64,000 bases of DNA from a bacterium (GTDB lineage Bacteria; Sysuimicrobiota; Sysuimicrobiia; Sysuimicrobiales; Kaftiobacteriaceae): NCBI GenBank assembly GCA_044868695.1, contig JBIOWP010000053.1, positions 35,103-99,102 on the forward strand. The letters are read 5' to 3'. The notes beneath the pieces are model-generated. The model was not told where the DNA came from, did no database searches, and was given only the letters and a program-made list of their open reading frames with translations. The translations under genes and the position numbers were made by a program. Positions 19,585-29,582 of this stretch are shown here, piece after piece; position 1 is the stretch's first letter, and each line of letters begins with the position of its first letter.

Positions 19585-20672
19585 GCGTCGTCAGGCCGTT
19601 CGTCGCGGCTGATATCCCACACGTCGCAGACTTGCATCGCCGGGTCTTTCACACTGCGGAGCCCACCGTCCCGGGATGGATGGAGTCCTACCAGAGGTAT
19701 TTCTTGGATGTGTTCCTCAGCAACCCGCTGGGTGATGACACGCTGACCTCGCTCGTGTGCGAGGACTCGTCTGGAACGATCGTCGGCTTCCTCGGGGTGG
19801 CGCCGCGGCGGATGGTGTTCAAAGGCCGGCCGATACTGGCGGCGGTATGTTCGCAGTTCGTGGTCGATCCGGCCCGGCGCGGGCAGGTGGGGCTTCGCAT
19901 GGTGAAGCACTGCCTGGGCGGTCCGCAAGACCTCTCGTTGACCGACGAGGCAGAGGACGGCACCGGGAAGATCTGGCAGTGGTGTGGCGGTGCCACGGCG
20001 CTCTTATACAGCATGCACTGGATCCGGCCGCTGCGGCCGGCCCGGGCCGCGCTCGCCGTCCTCCGCAGGCGGACGCCTCTCGCGTGGGCCGCCGGCATGT
20101 CCGCGCCCGCGGCACGGGTCATAGATGCCCTCGCCACCAGGGCATCGTGGAATCCGTTTCGCCTCTCGCCGACTCAGGGATCCACCGAAGACCTGGACGA
20201 GGCGATGCTGCCGGCCTGGCTTCCTGAGCTGGCGGCTGCGCGTACGCTTCGTCCCGCCTATGACGATCAATTGGTGAAGTGGATGCTGCAGCGGGCGGGT
20301 CAGCGGCGGGGGCACGGGCAGTTCCGGAAGGTCCTGGTGCGGGACGACGCGCGCGGCATCGCGGGATGGTACCTGTACTACCGCAACCCCGGCGGGTTCA
20401 GCGAGGTGCTGCAGGTGGCGGCGAAGCCGCACACCGTCCGGTCGGTCCTGGACCATCTCTTCGATGATGCCGCGCGCCAGGGCGCCATCGCCCTGACCGG
20501 ACGGCTCGATCCGGCCTTTGCAGCGGAGCTGTCAGAGAAGTCCTGTCTCTTGCACCGCCATGGCTATTCAATGCTCATCCACTCGAGCCACCCCGAATTG
20601 TTGGACGCCGTACTCACCGGCGATGCCTTCCTGACGCGACTTGAGGGCGAGTGGTGTCTGCGGTTCCAATAA
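19581..20672 (+). CDS. Putative GNAT-fold acyltransferase (paralog of 2941..4044)
   Basis: IVGFLGV...CSQFVVDPARRG; shared C-terminus GDAF(V/L)TRLEGEWCLRFQ. Confidence 0.6.
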   Translation: MSVVRPFVAADIPHVADLHRRVFHTAEPTVPGWMESYQRYFLDVFLSNPLGDDTLTSLVCEDSSGTIVGFLGVAPRRMVFKGRPILAAVCSQFVVDPARRGQVGLRMVKHCLGGPQDLSLTDEAEDGTGKIWQWCGGATALLYSMHWIRPLRPARAALAVLRRRTPLAWAAGMSAPAARVIDALATRASWNPFRLSPTQGSTEDLDEAMLPAWLPELAAARTLRPAYDDQLVKWMLQRAGQRRGHGQFRKVLVRDDARGIAGWYLYYRNPGGFSEVLQVAAKPHTVRSVLDHLFDDAARQGAIALTGRLDPAFAAELSEKSCLLHRHGYSMLIHSSHPELLDAVLTGDAFLTRLEGEWCLRFQ

Positions 20673-20728
20673 CCTCTCCGCCGCGAGCAGGATCGCCGCA
20701 CGGGAACCCCATGGGAGTGAAGACCGAC

Positions 20729-22501
20729 ATGAACATGGTCGCACGCAAGTTGACGGTCGTCTGCGCCCTCGCGCTGATTGGGCTGCTCGGCGCGGCGGCC
20801 ATCCCCCCGCAGGCCCGAGCACAACTGGGACTGCCGCTGCTGGGCAGCCTGGTCGTGACGATCACCTCCCCCGCGTCCGGGTCGACGGTGAGCGGGACGA
20901 GGACGGTCAGTGCAGGCGTCACCATCATCGGCAGCCTCCTGGTCTCCGGGGTCCAGTTCAAATTGGACGGCACCAACCTCGGGGCCGAGGATACCAGCAG
21001 CCAATACTCCATCTCATGGAACACGACCGCTGTGAGCAACGGGTGGCATACGCTGACGGCGGTTGCGCGAGACGCCCTCGGCATACGGTGGACCTCCGAT
21101 CCGGTGGCGGTTCGAGTGCTCAACGACACGATGCCCCCCATGGTGACGATCTCGTTTCCAGCTTCCGGAGCGGCGGTCGCCGATACGATCACGGTAACGG
21201 CCGCAGTGTCGGACAACGTGGGCGTCATCGGCGTACAGTTCAAGGTCGACGGGGCGAACCTTGGCCCTGAGGATACTACGGCGCCGGAAGAGGCAATCTG
21301 GGACACGACGCAGTTCAGCAACGGTCCGCATACGCTGACGGCAGTGGCGCGGGACTCGGCAGGCAACCGGGCGACGTCTGCGGGCGTTATGGTGACGGTC
21401 GCGAATGCGCCGCCTCCGCCTGCGGACACGACGTCCCCGACGGTGGCGATCACATCGCCAAGCAGCGGAGAGTCGGTGTCGGAGACGGTGGCCGTCATGG
21501 CCGATGCGTTCGACGACGTCGGCGTCGTGGGTGTGGAGTTCTTTGACGGCTCGACGCTGATCGGCGACGACACCACGGCGCCACACACGGTCTCCTGGGA
21601 TACGACCGCCGTGAGCAACGGCTCCCATAGCCTGACCGCGGTAGCGCGAGACGCCGCGGGCAACCGGACCACGTCCGAGGCGGTGACGGTGACGGTGTCC
21701 AACGCGGCGCCCCCGCCGGTGACGGTCACGCGCTTCGAAGAAGAGCGGACGGATGTCATTACGTACACCAGCGGCTGGGTCCTGGATACCAGCCGGACCT
21801 GGAGCGGCGGGGCCGCGGGAACTGCGATGACCGCGGGCGCGACGGCGGTGTTCACCTTCACCGGCCCGTCGGTCAACTGGATCGGCTTCCGCGGGCCGGT
21901 GGCCGGTATCGCTAGCGTCTCTCTGGATGGCGCCCCCGCGATCGAGATCGATCTGTTTTCACCTACGGAGGAGATCAGGGCGGTCGTCTTCTCCGCGAGG
22001 GACCTTGCCAACACGGTCCATACGCTGGCGATCGAAGTGACCGGGACGGGCAACGCGGCTGCCACGGGTGTCGCTGTCGTGATCGATGCATTCGACGTCC
22101 CCGGGCCGACGGTGGCACGAATTCAACAGACGGATCCGTCCGTGACGTACGCCGGGATCTGGCAGCTGGAGAATGCCGACAGACCGACGACGTATAGCGG
22201 AGGAACCGCAGCGGAATCGATCGCCGGTGGGGCTACCGCCACGTTTACCTTCACCGGGCCATCCGTCACCTGGATCGGCGCCCGCGGGCCTGTTGCTGGA
22301 ATCGCCCGCGTCTCTCTGGATGGTGTCTTCGTGGTCGAGGTCGATACGTATTCGCCCCTGGAAGAGCTTCAGGCGGCCATATTCTCGCGCGACGGTCTGT
22401 CCAACACCACCCACACGTTGACGGTTGAGGTGACCGGGCTAAAGAATCCGGCGGCCACGAATTTCTTCATCATCGTTGACGCATTTGAAGTCACCTTCTG
22501 A
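20729..22501 (+). CDS. Secreted protein with three bacterial Ig-like repeats and two C-terminal beta-sandwich (carbohydrate-binding-like) repeats
   Basis: Signal peptide ending ARA; 3x ITSP...W(N/D)TT..SNG.H.LTAVARD; 2x TFTGPSV.WIG.RGPVAGIA.VSLDG. Confidence 0.75.
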   Translation: MNMVARKLTVVCALALIGLLGAAAIPPQARAQLGLPLLGSLVVTITSPASGSTVSGTRTVSAGVTIIGSLLVSGVQFKLDGTNLGAEDTSSQYSISWNTTAVSNGWHTLTAVARDALGIRWTSDPVAVRVLNDTMPPMVTISFPASGAAVADTITVTAAVSDNVGVIGVQFKVDGANLGPEDTTAPEEAIWDTTQFSNGPHTLTAVARDSAGNRATSAGVMVTVANAPPPPADTTSPTVAITSPSSGESVSETVAVMADAFDDVGVVGVEFFDGSTLIGDDTTAPHTVSWDTTAVSNGSHSLTAVARDAAGNRTTSEAVTVTVSNAAPPPVTVTRFEEERTDVITYTSGWVLDTSRTWSGGAAGTAMTAGATAVFTFTGPSVNWIGFRGPVAGIASVSLDGAPAIEIDLFSPTEEIRAVVFSARDLANTVHTLAIEVTGTGNAAATGVAVVIDAFDVPGPTVARIQQTDPSVTYAGIWQLENADRPTTYSGGTAAESIAGGATATFTFTGPSVTWIGARGPVAGIARVSLDGVFVVEVDTYSPLEELQAAIFSRDGLSNTTHTLTVEVTGLKNPAATNFFIIVDAFEVTF

Positions 22502-22510
22502 GGATCTGCC

Positions 22511-24460
22511 ATGTGCGGCATTGCCGGTAGTGTCCAGCTCAATCCACGTGACGCCGTTGACGACGCGCGCCTGGTGCGCATGCGGGACGCCCTGCGCCAC
22601 CGCGGCCCCGACGATGCGGGGGTGTGGATCGACGGGCCGGTCGGGCTCGCGAGCCGGCGGCTGTCCATCGTCGATGTCGCCGGCGGCCACCAGCCCATGG
22701 CCAACGAGGACGGCTCCGTGTGGATTGTCTACAACGGGGAGTTGTACAACCACCTGGACCTCCGGCCCCGGCTGGAAGCGCGGGGGCATCGCTACCGAAC
22801 GCGGTCCGACACCGAGACCATTCTCCACCTCTACGAGGAAGAAGGCGAGCGCTGCGTCGAGTCGCTGCGAGGGATGTTCGCATTTGCGATCTGGGACCGC
22901 GCGCGCGGGCGGCTGCTCCTGGCGCGGGACCGGCTCGGGATCAAGCCTCTCTACTACGCGGTGACGGATGAGGAACTGCTCTTTGGGTCAGAGATCAAGG
23001 CGATCCTGGCGGCAGGCGTGCGGGCCGCGCTTCACGAGGGGATCCTCCCGGAGATGCTCGCCACGCGCTACGTCTCCGGGGAGGAGACGCTGTTCCGCGG
23101 CATCCGCAAGCTGCTGCCGGGCCGCACCCTCTCCTGGTCGCCTGGGGAACCGCTCGAACAACGGCGCTACTGGCGGCTGCCCGGCGCGATCGACGAGGCG
23201 CCGGTCCGCCTTGAGGACCGGGTCCCCGCACTGCGCGAGCGGCTGACCGGAGCCGTCCGAAGCCACCTAATGAGCGATGTTCCCCTCGGCGTGTTCCTGT
23301 CTGGCGGACTCGATTCGAGCGGGATCGCCGCGCTCATGGCAACCATGGTGGCCGATCCGATCCGCACGTTCGCTGTGGGGTTCGCCGACCCGAGCGCGAA
23401 CGAGCTGGAGTACGCGCGGCTGGTCGCGCGCTCAATCGGCGCACAGCACCACGAGGTCGTCGTGTCTCCGGAGCAGTTTTTCGCGGCTCTCCCGCGCCTG
23501 ATCTGGCACGAGGACGAACCCATCGCGTTCCCCTCCAGCGTGCCCCTGTACTTCGTCTCGCGCCTGGCGTCCGAGCAGGGCGTCAAGGTGGTCCTCACGG
23601 GGGAAGGCGCCGACGAGCTCTTCCTGGGATACCCGCCATACACGGCGACGACGTGGAACGAGCAGCTGGGCCGGATCTACCGGGCGCTGACCCCTCGGGC
23701 GGTGCGGACCGCGATCCGCGGTGCGATCCCGTCCCTTCCCGTGCGTGTGCGCCGCTACGCGCGCCGGTCGTTCCTCGCGCTGGAGCCGACACCTCGGGAG
23801 ATGGTCTGCGAGAACTTTGCGGTGTTTCCAACGGCAATGCAGCAGGGCTTGCTCACCGACGGGCTGCTCGACGGGCGTGATCCGTATGAGGACAAACTCC
23901 GGTACTTCACGGAGGCCCCTGGCGCCACGCTGGAGCGGATGAGCCACGCCGACCTCCAGACTTACCTTGTCGAGCTCCTGATGAAGCAGGACCAGATGAG
24001 CATGGCGGCGTCGGTTGAAAGCCGGGTGCCGTATCTGGACCACGAACTGGTCGAGTACGCGGCCGCGCTGCCGGCCCACGTCAAGCTCCGAGGATGGCAC
24101 ACAAAGATCGTGCTTCGGGAGGCGCTGCGCGATCTGGTGCCGCACGAGATCCTCGCCCGTCGCAAGATGGGGTTCCCGGTGCCCGTAGGGCAGTGGCTCC
24201 GAGGGCCGTTCTGGCCCGTCGTGGAGGAGTTTGTGCTGAGCTCTCGCGCGATGTCCCGGGGCCTCTTCCAGCCTGCGGGCCTGCGGCGTCTCGCCGAGGA
24301 GCATCGCGGCGGGCGCTGGCAGCACGACGAGCGGCTGTGGCTCCTGGTGAACCTGGAGATCTGGCAGCGGACCTTCCTGGATGGCGAGGAACCGGCCCTG
24401 GGACCACAGCTGTTGTCGACCCCCGATCTCGATACCATAGCGATGGAGGCCGATCGATGA
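22511..24460 (+). CDS. asnB: Asparagine synthase (glutamine-hydrolysing)-family amidotransferase, EPS-associated
   Basis: MCGIAG, HRGPD, RRLSIVD, LSGGLDSS, LTGEGADELF, ESRVPYLD. Confidence 0.9.
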   Translation: MCGIAGSVQLNPRDAVDDARLVRMRDALRHRGPDDAGVWIDGPVGLASRRLSIVDVAGGHQPMANEDGSVWIVYNGELYNHLDLRPRLEARGHRYRTRSDTETILHLYEEEGERCVESLRGMFAFAIWDRARGRLLLARDRLGIKPLYYAVTDEELLFGSEIKAILAAGVRAALHEGILPEMLATRYVSGEETLFRGIRKLLPGRTLSWSPGEPLEQRRYWRLPGAIDEAPVRLEDRVPALRERLTGAVRSHLMSDVPLGVFLSGGLDSSGIAALMATMVADPIRTFAVGFADPSANELEYARLVARSIGAQHHEVVVSPEQFFAALPRLIWHEDEPIAFPSSVPLYFVSRLASEQGVKVVLTGEGADELFLGYPPYTATTWNEQLGRIYRALTPRAVRTAIRGAIPSLPVRVRRYARRSFLALEPTPREMVCENFAVFPTAMQQGLLTDGLLDGRDPYEDKLRYFTEAPGATLERMSHADLQTYLVELLMKQDQMSMAASVESRVPYLDHELVEYAAALPAHVKLRGWHTKIVLREALRDLVPHEILARRKMGFPVPVGQWLRGPFWPVVEEFVLSSRAMSRGLFQPAGLRRLAEEHRGGRWQHDERLWLLVNLEIWQRTFLDGEEPALGPQLLSTPDLDTIAMEADR

Positions 24461-26031
24461 TGCAGTTCGCCGTATTCAGTTTGGCCGGCGCGCTCGTCGC
24501 CTTGATGGCGCCGGGGCTCCCGGCAGGCCGGACAGCTGCGGTCTTAGGGGCACCACCACCCGAGCGGATCGTCAGAGTGCTGGCGGGCGCGGATCTTCAA
24601 GCAGTCCTCGACGCGGCGCGGCCCGGCGACTTTATCGAGCTGCCCGCCGGAGCAACATTCCGCGGGAGCTTTGTTCTGCCGAACAAGCCTATCGTCACAT
24701 CGGGCCGGCAGTGGATTGTCATCTACTCCTCCGCGCTCTGGCGGCTCCCGCCGCCCGGCACTCCGCTTGTGCCAGCGGTGCATGCGCAGCTCATGCCCAA
24801 GATCGTGAGCGACAACGGGGATCCGGCGATCCGTGTGGCGGCCGGAGCGCACCACTACATGCTCGCCGGCCTTGAGGTGACGACCACGAGCGCATCCCTC
24901 CTCGACCTGGTCTACCTGGATTTTCCAGGGCAGAGGGTCGAGCAGATCCCGACCGACATCACCCTGTATCGATGCTACATCCATGGCAATGCCACCGGGG
25001 ATATCCGCCGCGGTGTGGCCCTCAACGGCGCCCGTCTGGCAGTGATTGGTTCGTATGTCTCGGACTTCCATCACCGGAGCGAGGATTCGCACGCGATCCA
25101 GGGGTGGAATGGCCCCGGCCCGTTCAGGATTATCGGCAATTACCTGGAGGCCGCGGGGGTGAACGTCATGTTCGGTGGGGAGGACCCGACGATCGACGGC
25201 CTCGTCCCCTCCAGCATCGAGGTCCGGGGCAATCACTTCTTCAAACCCCTCACATGGCGCGATGGGCCCTGGAGCGTCAAGAACCTCTTCGAGCTCAAGA
25301 ACGCCCGCGGGGTGCTGGTCGAAGGCAACATCTTTGAGAACAACTGGGCTCAAACCCAGCACGGGTTCGCCCTCGTGCTCACGCCACGGAATCAAAGCAA
25401 CACCGCGCCGTGGTCGGAAGTCTCTTCCGTCACCATCACGAACAACATCATCCGTCACGCGACGGCGGGCGTTAACATCTTGGGCTCGGACGACATCCAT
25501 ATCAGCGAGAAGACCAGACGGATCCTCATACGGAACAACCTGTTCGAAGATATCGGCGCATTCCCCGGGGAGCTCCCTGATGTCGGAGTGCTGTTCCTCG
25601 TGTCCGACGGACCCGAGGAACTGGTCATTGACCACAACACCGCCGTTCACACCGCGAACCCGATCAGGGCCACCACCCTAAATCAGACCGTGAACCAATG
25701 GCCGTCAACGGGGTTCATCTTTACGAACAACATCGTGTTCAACAACGGGGGGGTGAGTGGGAATGGAACCCCGCTGGAGACCCTCCGGACGTGGTTCTCC
25801 GGATTTGTCTTTGTCCGGAACGTGCTCATCGGCGGAGATGCGACGCAGTACCTTCCGGATGCCCCCGACAATTTCTTTCCGGCGTTGGTAGATGACGTAG
25901 GCTTCACCGATCTTTCCGGGAGCGACTACCAGCTTGCCCCGACCAGCCCGTTCCGCAGCATGGGCACCGACGGGGAGGATATCGGAGTTGATCTCGACGC
26001 CCTCACGGCAGTGTTGCTCCGGTGGTGGTGA
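24457..26031 (+). CDS. Secreted right-handed beta-helix (pectin lyase-fold-like) protein
   Basis: Signal peptide; DLQAVLDAARPGD, GWNGPGPF.IIGNYLE, KNLFELKNA; Asn-rich repeats; paralog of 31521 and 37669 genes. Confidence 0.65.
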   Translation: MMQFAVFSLAGALVALMAPGLPAGRTAAVLGAPPPERIVRVLAGADLQAVLDAARPGDFIELPAGATFRGSFVLPNKPIVTSGRQWIVIYSSALWRLPPPGTPLVPAVHAQLMPKIVSDNGDPAIRVAAGAHHYMLAGLEVTTTSASLLDLVYLDFPGQRVEQIPTDITLYRCYIHGNATGDIRRGVALNGARLAVIGSYVSDFHHRSEDSHAIQGWNGPGPFRIIGNYLEAAGVNVMFGGEDPTIDGLVPSSIEVRGNHFFKPLTWRDGPWSVKNLFELKNARGVLVEGNIFENNWAQTQHGFALVLTPRNQSNTAPWSEVSSVTITNNIIRHATAGVNILGSDDIHISEKTRRILIRNNLFEDIGAFPGELPDVGVLFLVSDGPEELVIDHNTAVHTANPIRATTLNQTVNQWPSTGFIFTNNIVFNNGGVSGNGTPLETLRTWFSGFVFVRNVLIGGDATQYLPDAPDNFFPALVDDVGFTDLSGSDYQLAPTSPFRSMGTDGEDIGVDLDALTAVLLRWW

Positions 26032-26034
26032 CGG

Positions 26035-27246
26035 ATGCGGATCCTCTGGGTAAACGTCGGCGGGTTGTGGCCGCCGAACACCGGCGGACGCCTGCGGAGC
26101 TACCACATCCTCTCTGAGCTCTCGCGCCGTCACCGCGTGATTGTGGCGACGACCCACGGGGCGCAAGATGATCCGGAGGGGCTTGCGGCCGCGCTGCCAC
26201 AGTGTGACCGTGTGATCTCGGTTCCCCATGCCGCCTCCAAGCCGGGGGATGCGCGCTTCACGGCCGCCCTGCTCAGATCTTGGCTGTCCCCCCGTCCTGT
26301 GCACTTCTGGCGATGGCGCGTCCCCGCGCTGCGTCGCCGGGTGGAGGATATGCTGTCACGTGGGGCCGTGGATCTCTGCGTGGGCGACTTCCTCAACGCC
26401 ATGCCGAACATTCCCACAGCGCGCCCCACGCCAATCGTGTTCTTTGCCCACAACGTCGAGCATGTTATCTGGAAGCGGATGGGTCGCATCGAACGCCGCC
26501 CCTGGTGGCGTGCCGCGCTAGCGATGGAGTGGCGGAAGATACGCCGCTGGGAAGGCCGGACCTGCGCCCAGGCCAGCCTGACCATTGCCGTCTCCGAGCT
26601 CGATCGGGACCTGCTGGCCGCGCTGGCCCCCGGGGCGCGCGTGGGCGCGGTTCCCACCGGCGTTGACCCCGAATACTTCGCTCCAAACGGGGTCCGAGAA
26701 GTCCCCACGCATCTCGTCTTTACGGGGTCGATGGATTGGTACCCGAACGAAGACGCGATGCTGCACTTCATCGAGGCGATTCTGCCCTCTATCCGCCGGG
26801 AGATGCCGGCTGTGTCCTTGACCGTGGCGGGCCGCAACCCGACGCCCCGGCTGCGGGCGGCAGCCGCCTCCGCGGCTGTTCGGGTCACGGGCACCGTGGA
26901 CGACATCCGCCCCTTTGTGGGCGAGGCGGCCGTCTACGTGGTGCCGCTGCGGGTCGGCGGGGGAACGCGACTCAAGCTGTTCGAGGCGCTGGCGATGGGG
27001 AAGGCGGTCGTCTCGACCGCCGTCGGCGCCGAAGGGCTCCCGCTGACCTCCGGAGCGCACTTCATTCAGGCCGATGCGCCGGCCGACTTCGCCCGCGCAG
27101 TCCTGTCGTTACTCCGGGACCCTGGGCAGCGGAAGATGCTCGGTGCCGCCGGGCGCCGGCTGGTCGAGGAACGGTACTCGTGGCCGGTGGTGGCGAGGCA
27201 GTTCGAAGCACGATGTGCGGAGGTGGTGGCGGGCCATGCGCGTTAG
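26035..27246 (+). CDS. Glycosyltransferase family 4
   Basis: FTGSMDWYPNEDA, PLRVGGGTRLKLFEALAMGKAVVST. Confidence 0.9.
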   Translation: MRILWVNVGGLWPPNTGGRLRSYHILSELSRRHRVIVATTHGAQDDPEGLAAALPQCDRVISVPHAASKPGDARFTAALLRSWLSPRPVHFWRWRVPALRRRVEDMLSRGAVDLCVGDFLNAMPNIPTARPTPIVFFAHNVEHVIWKRMGRIERRPWWRAALAMEWRKIRRWEGRTCAQASLTIAVSELDRDLLAALAPGARVGAVPTGVDPEYFAPNGVREVPTHLVFTGSMDWYPNEDAMLHFIEAILPSIRREMPAVSLTVAGRNPTPRLRAAAASAAVRVTGTVDDIRPFVGEAAVYVVPLRVGGGTRLKLFEALAMGKAVVSTAVGAEGLPLTSGAHFIQADAPADFARAVLSLLRDPGQRKMLGAAGRRLVEERYSWPVVARQFEARCAEVVAGHAR

Positions 27247-28585
27247 CGTTTTCGGACTCGGCTACGTCGGCTGCGTGACCGCGGCCGGGCTGGCCCAGGC
27301 CGGGCACCAGGTGATCGGCGTCGACGTGAATGCGGAAAAGGTGGCGATGGTCAACGCCGGCACCTCCCCGATCGTAGAGCCGGGGCTGGGCGAGCTGCTG
27401 GCCCATGTCGTGAGAGAGGGGCAGCTGCGCGCGACGGTCGACGGCGCCCAGGCCGTGCGTGAGACCGACCTGGCGTTGATCTGTGTAGGAACGCCGAGCC
27501 GCGCGAACGGGAGCCCCGACGTGACGGCTCTCGAGCAGGTCAGCCGGGAGATCGGGCGCGCGCTCCGCACGCGCACCAGCGCGTACACCGTGGTGCTGCG
27601 CAGCACGGTCCTGCCGGGGACAACCGAGGGCGTGGTGCTCCCCGCCCTGGACCAGGGCGCAGGGCACCTGCTCGACGGCGCACTCCGGGTGGTCGTGAAT
27701 CCGGAGTTCATGCGCGAAGGCTCGTCGCTGCGCGACTTTGCTGAGCCGCCGTTCGTCCTGGTCGGGTGCGCGGACCCGGCGACTGCGTCGCAGCTACGAA
27801 CCCTTTATGAGGGGATCGCTGCGCCGTTTGTGGAGACCTCAGTGCGGAACGCGGAAATGGTCAAGTATGTCTCCAACGCGTTCCACGCGCTGAAAGTGTG
27901 CTTCGCCAACGAGATTGGTGACGTCTGCGAGGCGGTAGGCGTGGACGCGCAGGAGGTGATGCGCGTCTTTCTGATGGATCGGAAGCTCAACGTCTCTGAG
28001 GCGTATCTGCGCCCCGGGTTCGCGTTCGGTGGGTCGTGTCTCCCCAAAGACCTGCGGGCCCTTCTGTCCGCGGCACGGACCGCGGATGTGACATCCCCGC
28101 TGCTCTCGGCGGTTCTCCCCTCCAACGAGGCGCAGATCCGCAGGGCGGTGGATGCTGTGCTGGCCGCACGCAAGCGGCGCATCGGCGTCGTGGGGCTGGC
28201 GTTCAAGCCAGGTACAGACGATCTGCGCGAGAGCCCGATGGTGGCGCTGGTGGAGACCCTGATCGGCAAGGGGCTGGACGTGCGCATCGTGGATTCCGCC
28301 GTTGCGGTGGCGCGGCTGGTCGGCGCGAACCGCCGCTACATTGAGGAGGAGATCCCGCATATCGCCTCCTTGATGTGCGAGAGCGTCGACGACGTAGTGA
28401 CGCACGCGGAAGTGCTCGTGATCGGCAGCATTAGCGGCGAGTCGGCGCGCGCGCTGGCTTCGTCGCGAGGCGAGCAGACGGTGATCGACCTCACGAGGCG
28501 GGCCCTCCAGCGGTTGCCTCACCCCGTCGCGTCCTCGCACGCGTCAGGTGGAGGGCAGCCTGCGGGGGTCCGGAGAGATTCATGA
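27236..28585 (+). CDS. UDP-glucose/GDP-mannose dehydrogenase (AlgD-like)
   Basis: VFGLGYVG, CVGTP, NPEFMREG, FGGSCLPKD, GLAFKPGTDDLRESP. Confidence 0.92.
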   Translation: MRVSVFGLGYVGCVTAAGLAQAGHQVIGVDVNAEKVAMVNAGTSPIVEPGLGELLAHVVREGQLRATVDGAQAVRETDLALICVGTPSRANGSPDVTALEQVSREIGRALRTRTSAYTVVLRSTVLPGTTEGVVLPALDQGAGHLLDGALRVVVNPEFMREGSSLRDFAEPPFVLVGCADPATASQLRTLYEGIAAPFVETSVRNAEMVKYVSNAFHALKVCFANEIGDVCEAVGVDAQEVMRVFLMDRKLNVSEAYLRPGFAFGGSCLPKDLRALLSAARTADVTSPLLSAVLPSNEAQIRRAVDAVLAARKRRIGVVGLAFKPGTDDLRESPMVALVETLIGKGLDVRIVDSAVAVARLVGANRRYIEEEIPHIASLMCESVDDVVTHAEVLVIGSISGESARALASSRGEQTVIDLTRRALQRLPHPVASSHASGGGQPAGVRRDS

Positions 28586-29580
28586 CGCGCATCCTGGTCA
28601 CAGGGGCTGGCGGGTTCATCGGGCATCACCTTGCCCGATTCCTCTTCGGTCGGGGCCACTGGGTCCGGGGCGTGGATCTCCATCGGCCGCAGTATGAGCC
28701 AAGCGATGCGCACGAGTTCGACGAGATGGACCTGAGACGTTGGGACAACTGCCTGCTGGCGACTCAGGACGTGGACGAAATCTACCATCTAGCGGCGGAC
28801 ATGGGTGGGATCGGGTACATTACCGTCAACCACGCGGAGGTCGCGCGCAACAACGCGTTGGTCGACACGCACTTGCTCGAAGCCGCCCGTCTCAACGGTG
28901 TGGGGCGCTTCTTCTTTTCCAGCTCGGCATGCGTGTACGCGCAGACCCGTCAGGACTCGCCTGACGCGGCGCCGCTGCGGGAGGCAGACGCCTACCCGGC
29001 TGCGCCCGAAGAGGGGTATGGCTGGGAGAAGCTCTTTGCGGAGCGGCAGTGCCAGTATTATCGCGAGGATTTTGGGCTCCAGACGCGGGTAGCAAGGTTT
29101 CACAACGTCTACGGGCCGCTCGGGACGTATGACGGAGGGAGGGAGAAGGCGCCCGCTGCCATTTGCCGCAAGGTGGCGCTCGCCTGCGACGGGGACCACA
29201 TCGATGTGTGGGGTGATGGCCAGCAGACCCGCTCCTTTATGTATGTGGACGACTGCGTCGAGGGGATCTACCGGTTGATGCAGTCAGACTATCCGCATCC
29301 GCTGAACCTCGGCACCGACCGGCTTGTCCACATCAATGAGCTTGTGGACATGGTGTGCAAGATTGCCGGAAAGTCCGTCCGGATGCGCCATGTGCCCGAT
29401 CAACCGCAGGGCGTGCGCGGACGCAACAGCGACAACACGCGCCTGCGGCAGGTCCTCGGATGGGAGCCTGCCGTGCCGCTGGAGGAAGGCCTCACGCGAA
29501 CCTACCGGTGGATCGAAAGTGAACTTAGGCGCGCAGGTCGGCTTCCCGAGATCGTCGAGGCTGTGTCGCGTAGCTCCTAA
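28582..29580 (+). CDS. NAD-dependent epimerase, GDP-mannose 3,5-epimerase-like
   Basis: GAGGFIG, HLAADMGG, SSSACVY, YGWEK, GREKAPAAICRK, GVRGRNSDNT. Confidence 0.85.
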   Translation: MTRILVTGAGGFIGHHLARFLFGRGHWVRGVDLHRPQYEPSDAHEFDEMDLRRWDNCLLATQDVDEIYHLAADMGGIGYITVNHAEVARNNALVDTHLLEAARLNGVGRFFFSSSACVYAQTRQDSPDAAPLREADAYPAAPEEGYGWEKLFAERQCQYYREDFGLQTRVARFHNVYGPLGTYDGGREKAPAAICRKVALACDGDHIDVWGDGQQTRSFMYVDDCVEGIYRLMQSDYPHPLNLGTDRLVHINELVDMVCKIAGKSVRMRHVPDQPQGVRGRNSDNTRLRQVLGWEPAVPLEEGLTRTYRWIESELRRAGRLPEIVEAVSRSS

Positions 29581-29582
29581 TC

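Noticed and set aside
81..20672. NRPS/PKS secondary-metabolite cluster
   Set aside because: Only stand-alone adenylation enzymes and ACPs; no condensation, KS or TE domains; context is glycosyltransferases and flippase
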